Part shown: in pieces, positions 56,483 to 64,000 of the stretch | Layout of the letters: every line of letters starts with the position of its first letter | Position numbering within the stretch: position 1 is the stretch's first letter | NCBI GenBank assembly: GCA_964016885.1 | Contig: OZ024746.1 | Coordinates: 20,522,001 to 20,586,000 of the forward strand | DNA length: 64,000 nt | Reading direction: 5' to 3' | Source of the DNA: Eledone cirrhosa | Taxonomy: Eukaryota | Made by a program: the position numbers and the translations under genes | The notes under the pieces: model-generated | What the model was told of the DNA's origin: nothing | The model's input: the letters and a program-made list of their open reading frames with translations, nothing else | Databases searched by the model: none

Positions 56483-59400
56483 TTAGATGCAAAATTTTTG
56501 CAATGTTTTACATATTTTTACTGTTTCATTAATGGATTGTACTTGTAGTTTCCTAACTAGTTGTGTTCTTTCTGTTCCTGTGAAGCCTAGCTTCTCAAGA
56601 TTTGTATTGAGACAGTTACTAACATATCCCAGTGCCCCAATAATCACAGGAATAAATCTGAAGGTGTAATCAGGGTGGAGTATCTGCAGATTTCTCATCA
56701 GTTCTGCATAAATATTCTCCTTTTCACTAATCTTTGATATTATATTGGCATTTGCTGGGCAGCTAATTTCCACTACTGTGCATGTTTTCTTCTCCCTGTC
56801 CCATATCATAATATCTGGTCTGTTATGCCTGCATTTTATTGGGGTTTTTACTGGAACATTCCACCAGTACTCTTTCATATTATGTACATGGATGTCTTCC
56901 ACATTGTTGTAGCTTTTAATGTGTTTATTATCGGGGCTATCTTTTTTACGAACTGCATTGTACAGTGTTTTGGCCACTACATCATGCCTCATAGGTAGAT
57001 AGTACCGCGATGACATCTTTGGACAGCTGCTGATGACATGGGTGATATCCGCGATGTTAGTTCTGTAGAGTCTGCACTTGTTATCACATCTAGGTGTTTT
57101 GCCTGCACCCCTATCTCTTTTGTGAATCAGGTATTTCGTGTTAATCTTCTGTTCTTGGATTACAAAAGCGTATCCTTCAAAGTGGGAGCCAATATAGCGG
57201 TTGTTGGTCCAATATAGACTACTTTCCTTATCTATATTACTCTCACTCTGGAGCTTCCTGGCAACATATCCATGCATGATTTTTTGCTGATAGGCATGCA
57301 GTTTTTCATCCATGGATTCTCTGCGATACTGCTGAGCGACATCCCTGGGTGTGAGTTTTTGATTATCACACAGGGAATATCTCTCAAGAGGTTCCTTCCC
57401 AACTCTCATGATCTTATCTGTTTCATGCAGATAGACTTGGTCGAGAAGCGGGCTCCTACGCTTCGAGGTTCGTAGATGTTGTCGGAGAGATATGATGCGA
57501 CATTCAAATGTTGTCTGGACTGATGTTAGGCCTCTGCCTCCCTGCTTACGTTTCAAGTAAAGGCGGTCTATGTCACTGTTGATGTGGAAGTTTCCGGTGT
57601 TGTTCAGTATTTTTCGAGTTCCAACATCAACTGCTCGGATTTCGTCCAATTGAGTATTCCAAACGTTGGTGTTAGGACAGGCACAGCAAACACATTGTGA
57701 GCCACTGTTTTGTTTTGCGCAGAGAGTTCCGATGACCAGATCTTTCTTAATCGGGTGTAGTATCCCCTGGTTACGCGTTCTTTATTACAGATACCATTAT
57801 AGGATATGTTCTCATCTATCCCCAGGTATCTGTAGCAGTCCTCATCAGATATCGGTGAAACAGTTAGACCATTGACGACAATGTTGCTAGATTGGGTTGT
57901 TGTTTTTACCCGCTTTACAGTCATGTATGAGCATTTATCTTGGCCAAACTCCATTCCTATATCCTTTGAGAACGTTGTAACCAGGTCAAGATTTTTCTTC
58001 ATCCCATCCATGTTCTTGGCATAGAGTTTCAGATCGTCCACAAAGAAGTTATGGGTTAGGTTCGTATTTCTGTCCTCCTGTGAGCCAATGATGTATCCCT
58101 CACATTTCTTGAGCAGAAAGGACAAGGGGTTTAATGACAAGATGAACAATATCACAGAGAGACTGTCCCCTTGAAATATGCCCCTGCAATATTTTATTTT
58201 ATCAGTGAAAATAGAGTCCTCCCTCTCTGTCTTTAACCTTAGGATAGTAGCCCAAGAAGAAGACAGCCTCTCTATGGCTCTGACAATAATGTCTGGGACT
58301 TTAGCAAGTTGGAGGGCCTCTATCATCCAAGAGTGGGGAACAGAATCGAAAGCTTTCCTGTAGTCCAGCCAGACTGTAGTCATATTCCTCCTAAGTTGTC
58401 GCACCTCCGACATCGCAGTTTTGTTGATTAGTTGTTCAGCACATCCCCAAACCCTTTTCTTTCCAGCTGCTTGTTCATCTGTGATGATGTTATTATTTTC
58501 ACAGTTATCTTGGAGGAATAGGTTGAGGCAGGCTGTATACATCTTATACATCAGGTTCTGGCATGCAATGGATCGGTAGTTTTTTGTCAAGTGGGTGTCT
58601 TTGTTCTTGGGGACCAGTAACGTTTGTGCTAATGTCAACCATTCTGGTATAAGTGTATCTCCCTTAAGAACTTGTTGGTAGAGGTCAGTAAGATACCTCC
58701 GATAGAATATTAGTTTTTTGAACCAGTAGCCGACAATCGTGTCTCTTCCTGGTGTTTTCTTATCTTGGAGTTTTCCTATCACAGTCTTAAGGGTACCCTC
58801 ACTTATTTCGTATGTTTTTGTTGTAGTGTAGGAGCAATAGTTCTTTCGGATTTCTCTTAGCCACACTGCATCTTGGTTGAAATTCTTCTTTTCACCCCAT
58901 ATTTTTCTCCAAAAGGAATCTATATCTTTCTGGGATGGGGCCTCAGTGACATTTATTATTTTGCCCTTCATTTCTCTATAGACTGATGTTTGGTTTCGTC
59001 TGAATCTTTTATTAAGCATTTTTCTCTCATCTACCTTCTTCAGGTATCGGTGTTTTTCGCTAACAGCTCTCAATTCTTGTTTGAGGGTGATCAGCTTATA
59101 TTGGAGAGTTCTGGTTCTACTGCTACCAAACATCGTCTCTATTTTATTTTTCACTCTTTGTTGGTGAGGAGTGAGGTTTTTTTGTGTTTGTTTGCATGTA
59201 AGGAGCATTGTCACATGTCCTATGTTTTTTGTAGGTCAGCACTCTTTTCTTCTATTTTAGTTATATATGATGGTATTTTTGGTGGTGTTTTGTTCTTGTT
59301 AATATCTCTGCTATCACCAAGATAATTGTTTCTACTTTAGGCACAAGGCCAGCAATTACCCAGTGCATTACTAGTACTTTATTTTATCGACCCCGTAAGG

Positions 59401-60273
59401 ATGAAAGGCAAAGTCAACCTCGGCTATCACCAAGATAATGCTTCACTGTCATTGCTAAGGCATATAAACAGGCGTTGATTTGCTAAAATGTTGGGGTTTT
59501 TATCCATCGTAAATATTCATCCCCTATTTCGTCAATAACACGTAATATTTCATTATTTGTTTTTTTTTTATTCACCATTGTCATTTTAACACGTTTAGCA
59601 AGAGAGATATTTATACATGAGTTAATTTCTCTCTGGAAAATTTCGTTGAGGGAAATTTTCAATTGTTTATACTTTTGATTATCATTATCGATAGTATTTT
59701 CCACAACAGTCGAGGTAGACTCGGATGGTATACGTGGTGTCACATTTATTCGATTATTATTATTATTTCTTCGATTATTATTATTATTATCGATAGTGTT
59801 TTCCTCAGCATTCGAGGTAGACTTAGATGGTACAGGTGGTGTCAAGTTTCTTACAGGCATAGTTGTTTCAAGGCGCTGTTCGACCTGGCTGCTAGGAAGT
59901 CTAGCAGCATGGCGATCTGTAGCACGTGTTGTTGATTCCATGTTTGTTGTGGGGGACTTACAATTAATAATATTTATCTTATTTTTACGTTCAACAAACG
60001 TCGCTTGTTGGTGTAATTGTTTCTCTGTGAAATAATTTAGCTCTGGGTGCATTTCGTCCCAGTGTAGCTTCATTCTATTCATATAGCCAATGGATTGTTT
60101 TTTGCCATTTTATAACAATTAAATAAATCATTATTAAGTTCGCAACTCCGAGAGAAATGCGATTTATAATTTCGGTTTCTTCTGTAGCTACAACTGAATA
60201 AAGTTTGATTACCTTCTTTGTTATTTGTCTTCGATACTTCCTTAATTTTTTTGTTGATGTTGTGTTCAGCCAT
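56483..60273 (-). pseudogene. RT-RLE polyprotein, broken by frameshifts, stops and a SINE insertion
   Basis: Track ORFs 60079-60273, 59483-60082, 57604-59214 and 56483-57649 are consecutive pieces. Confidence 0.87.
59327..59422 (-). mobile_element. 5'-truncated SINE nested in the R4-type ORF, with TSD
   Basis: gctatcaccaagataat at 59310-59326 and 59423-59439. Confidence 0.93.
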
Positions 60274-60576
60274 GCTGTTTGTAGCAAATCCTTGTAAAAT
60301 GAATTATGTATTTAGTCGGATATCTATACGAATTCGAATAAAAGGTGTCTTCAGAAGGGATAGTTAGAAGAATAACCAGTTATTCAACCTGGCTGTAGTT
60401 GTGGCATTACTGTCGGAGATAGTATTCATCTTAAATTTAATAAATAGTCTCCCACGCCAAAATATGCGACTGATCGCGTTGACTGTTATGTATGTATGTA
60501 TGTATGTATGTATGTATGTATGTTCTGGGTTTATTATTTTATAAATTGTCACCAACAGAGACAGAAATAGATAGAT

Positions 60577-63500
60577 TTCTTTATTTACCATAAAGGCATA
60601 AAAAGAAGGGACAAATACAAAGGGGGAGTTTACATATAATCGAGTAAAAAGGGTGTAACATGAAAATAATCGAAAATAACCTCAAAAGGGAGGGGACGTG
60701 ATGGGGGTTGAACACCCCCCCGAAAAAGTGTGCAATCCTTTGCCCGGGGAACACATGGAGAAGGTGCTCCCCTCTCCTTTACTTCTTTACCTACAGGATG
60801 GTATACAGAGAAGGCCCATTTACACGAGCCATTCTCGCCACTATCACCCACCTTTCATAAAACTGCCTGTGGCCAAGCACCTCTCTCTCCATTCTTATCC
60901 TTCTTCCGAAGTGATATCGGAAGAAGTAGACCAGACTATGGCCAGATAGGAAGTTGCCTGACCTCAGACCTTTCAATCGTGTCCACCAAACAACCTCTTT
61001 CAACATGGCTATTACGCACAGAAAAACCGCCTTTGCTTCCTTTGTGAAGAGGGGAGGCGGTTTGATTGTCATCACGGACTCGGCAGTCAATTTAATCGGC
61101 GCCACCCGCGACAGCAGTCGTTCGGCGTAGCCCCACAGATCAGCCACGCCCGGACATTGCACCAATGCGTGCGCAACGCTTTCTTCGTGACGCACGCATC
61201 TAGGGTAAATCTTTTTTGAGGGATCCCTGCCCGGGCGCCCGTGTCTGTAGAGCCTCTCTCGAACGGGTAGAGCCCCTCGGTAGCACTGCCAGGCCAGTGA
61301 CTTCTGGAAGTTGTCCATTGGTCCTGGGCCGAAAGTCCTACCGAACAGGCTGGCCAGTTCGTCTTCTTCCATGTCCAGCGACTCTCCAAGGGTGTCATCG
61401 CCCCTGCTAGCCACCAGCCCTCTATAGAATGATGAGGTGGATTCTCCACCGATGGCCTGGCCCGCTTGCCAGAGAGCCCTGAGCGCCTGAGCACACTCAG
61501 TGTGCCAGTCTCCCAGTTTTCCGGATCTTTGCTTGACCCAGGACTGTAGCTCGGTGAGCGAGACGAGTCTCGGAAAGGCTCGTTTCACGAACGGAGCCCA
61601 CACCGGTTGACCAGTGAGGAATACCTGTAGGTGCCGTAGCCTTAATGCGTGCCTACGCATCATCAACCACGGCATCCCCAGCCCTCCTTTCGAAGGTTGT
61701 TGGCAGCAGATGGATCTTCTCACCATAGGAGGACGCTTCTTCCAAAGAAATTGGAAGAGCATGCGTTCCATGGTGGTGAGTGTTTCCTTAGGGCAAGGCA
61801 CGACAGTCAGGCGGTAGTAAGTGACGGACGCTATGTAAATGTTCGCCACCTCCGCCCGGCCTTTTAGGGACAGCTTACACTTGGCCCATTTCTGGGTTAG
61901 TGCAAACACCTTGTTCGTAACCTCGTTCCAGTTCTTTTCCACCTGGAGGTCCGGTCCAAACCAGACCCCAAGCAACTTTACCGGGCCCTCCGTCCAGTGT
62001 CCGACGACACCGTCAGGAGGCATCGGTCTGCCTCTCCACGTTCCGAGTTGCAGCCCGATGGATTTTTTCCCGGTTCAGTTTCGCTCCTGACAACCTTTCG
62101 TACTCCTCCAGTAAGGTACCGATCGCCTCGATCTCCGAGTCGGTTGATACCATTACTGTTACGTCATCGGCGTAGGCCGACACCGCTTTGCTCAATCCTG
62201 GTTCCAGTGGGATACCCTGCAACAACTCCAACTTCCTCAGTAAAGGCTCGAGAGTCAATACGTACAGAAGGGAGGAGAGAGGGCACCCCTGTCGAATGGA
62301 TCGTGTGATTTCGAACGGCTTCGAAAGGTAGCCGTTCACCTTGATCCTAGAACAGATGTGGTTGCTATGTAGGGCAGTGATCCAGCCTCTGAAAACAGGA
62401 CCGAACCCAGCCGCCGCTAGCACCGCATCCAGGTAACCATGGTCGACCCTATCGAAGGCCTTAGACTGATCCAAGTTGATCAGGGCCCCACCGAAGCCGG
62501 GTTTGTTGCCAACCCTCTCTATGATGTATCGCATGAGGTGGAGGTTATCGTGAATGGACCTGGATGGGATAGCACATGTCTGCGCATCTCCCACCAGGCC
62601 ACCCACGACAAGCGCCAACCTCTTTGCTAACACCTTGGCCAAAATCTTTAACTCTGTGTTTAGCAGGGTTATGGGCCGAAAATTATTTATACTATCCCCC
62701 TTGTTCTCGTCCTTCCTCACCAGCGTGACTACGCCCTTGGCTACAGAACAAGGAATTCTCCCGTTCTGCTGCCAATTGCAGTAGACCGCTTCGAGGAGTT
62801 CGGAGAAGAAGACCGGCATTGCTAAATAAAGTTCGTAAGGTATACCATCGAGACCTGGAGATTTGCGTCTGCTGCATTGGCTCAGCGCATCTCCGATCTC
62901 ATCAGCCGAGATTGGTCCCTCGCAGGACTCTGCCTCTTCGTTCGAGAGACGCGGCAGGCCGTCGAGGTATGGACCGAAATCCACGCCTCCGCCCGGACCC
63001 TCGCCTCCCCCGAACAATCGGGCAAAGTGCCTTTGAAAGGCCTCGCACATCTGCTTAGGCTCCCGGATCACCCGTCCATCTTCGTCTTGCAACGACCGGA
63101 TGGTGGATCGATTTCCACGCTTAGCTTCTGTCACGCGGGCCCATCCAACGGCTTTGGCCCTCTCATTACCTAGAGCACGTATTTTACTTCGAATGACGCA
63201 GCCTTCGTGCTTTGCATCGAAAAACTGGTTCAAGGCCGTCCTCGATGCCAGCACTCTGGCCACATCTTCGCTCTTGATTGCCTCTTCTAATTTACCTGTT
63301 AATTCTTTCTCGTTTCTATTCCTATCGGCAGCTAACATCTTGCTATAACTTATTGATTCTGTTCTAATCTCTCTTTTGAGAGATGCCCACCATCGGTTGT
63401 TGACGATTGCACCCGTCAACCTCTCCTTAACTAATCTGCTAATCCGGTTTCTGTAAGTCTCTTTTGCCGGTAAAGACAAATTAAGTTTCCAGTAACCGGG

Positions 63501-63802
63501 ACCCTGTTTATGTGTTTTCTCGAGATTGACCACGCAGGTCACTAATTTGTGATCCGTGTAGCCAACCGTGCGCATTTCTGGACAGCTTAATATGTCCCTA
63601 TCCTTACTTCTAACTAAGAATCTATCTAAGTACGATCTAGATTGACCACTGTGGTTTCTCCAAGTCCAGGTAGGCACAGTTGGAAAATCTAGTCGATATC
63701 TATCGACCAAGTTAAAACGGTCGAGTAACCCCTTGAGGCTGTTACACCCCCCTCTATTAGGACATGCTCCTGCATAGTCCCAACGTGCATCCAGGCCCAC
63801 AC
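60577..63802 (-). mobile_element. 5'-truncated Tx1/L1-type LINE with 22-bp TSD
   Basis: APE tail (SYLDRF, TDHK), RT (KSPGLDG, FRPITLLN, DQSKAFDRV, RQGCPLS, YADD), C-terminal cysteine motif; acagagacagaaatagatagat at 60555-60576 and 63803-63824. Confidence 0.92.
60791..63800 (-). pseudogene. Tx1/L1 ORF2 (APE-RT), 5' partial with one frameshift
   Basis: ORFs 62013-63800 and 60791-62023 join near the T-run at ~62065. Confidence 0.88.
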
Positions 63803-63824
63803 ACAGAGACAGAAATAGATAGAT

Positions 63825-64000
63825 AGATAGATAGATATATAGATAGAGAGAGAGAGAGAGAGCGAGAGAGAGTTTCTAACACAGAAGCAAGTCTAACATT
63901 GGACTTCAGACATTATCAAATAGGTAAATACATATGAATATCTGTATGTACTTGTATGTGTGTATGCAGGTATGGATGTTATTGCATATGTAGATCTGTA
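63825..64000 (-). mobile_element. 3' UTR of a second R4/Dong-type copy (its tip lies at 60520-60576)
   Basis: gttctgg.ttt..aatt...accaa.agag...ttctaaca.aga..caag...cattgga...atcaa.taggta resembles 56254-56400. Confidence 0.7.

Larger units (their letters stand above)
56254..60487 (-). mobile_element. Near full-length decayed R4/Dong-type RLE LINE between (TATG)n tracts
   Basis: N-terminal CYKMAK..MNRMKLHWDEMHPE, RT (DYRKAFDSVPH, GIFQGDSLS, FVDDLKLY, YRYLG), degenerate CCHC, RHD, RPDI..D...EISCP...K...Y endonuclease. Confidence 0.9.

Overview
AT-rich, repeat-saturated animal DNA. The repeat landscape suggests an octopus-like cephalopod (inference only). No host protein-coding exon, rRNA, genuine tRNA gene or CRISPR array is recognisable, and most ORFs in the track are microsatellite artefacts. 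Retroelements: a 5'-truncated CR1-group LINE (22.9-24.0 kb), a 5'-truncated Penelope-like element with RT and GIY-YIG domains, Neptune-like (39.7-41.8 kb), a near full-length decayed R4/Dong-type RLE LINE between (TATG)n tracts (56.3-60.5 kb), a Tx1/L1-type LINE with a 22-bp TSD nested in the 3' UTR of a second R4-type copy (60.6-63.8 kb), RTE fragments, an LTR remnant and about 18 copies of a tRNA-derived SINE family. DNA elements: Tc1/mariner and hAT MITEs, a decayed hAT transposase and a non-autonomous Helitron. There is also a 5-kb satellite of 34-bp units with higher-order structure. The most striking signal is a series of short non-coding fold-back (inverted-repeat) modules in or beside (TA)n tracts. 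Several carry minimal type-I hammerhead ribozyme motifs of the Penelope type, and three unrelated modules share the same non-canonical core, UUGAnAA (U3/A8 instead of C3/G8). All folds were done by eye and none is tested.
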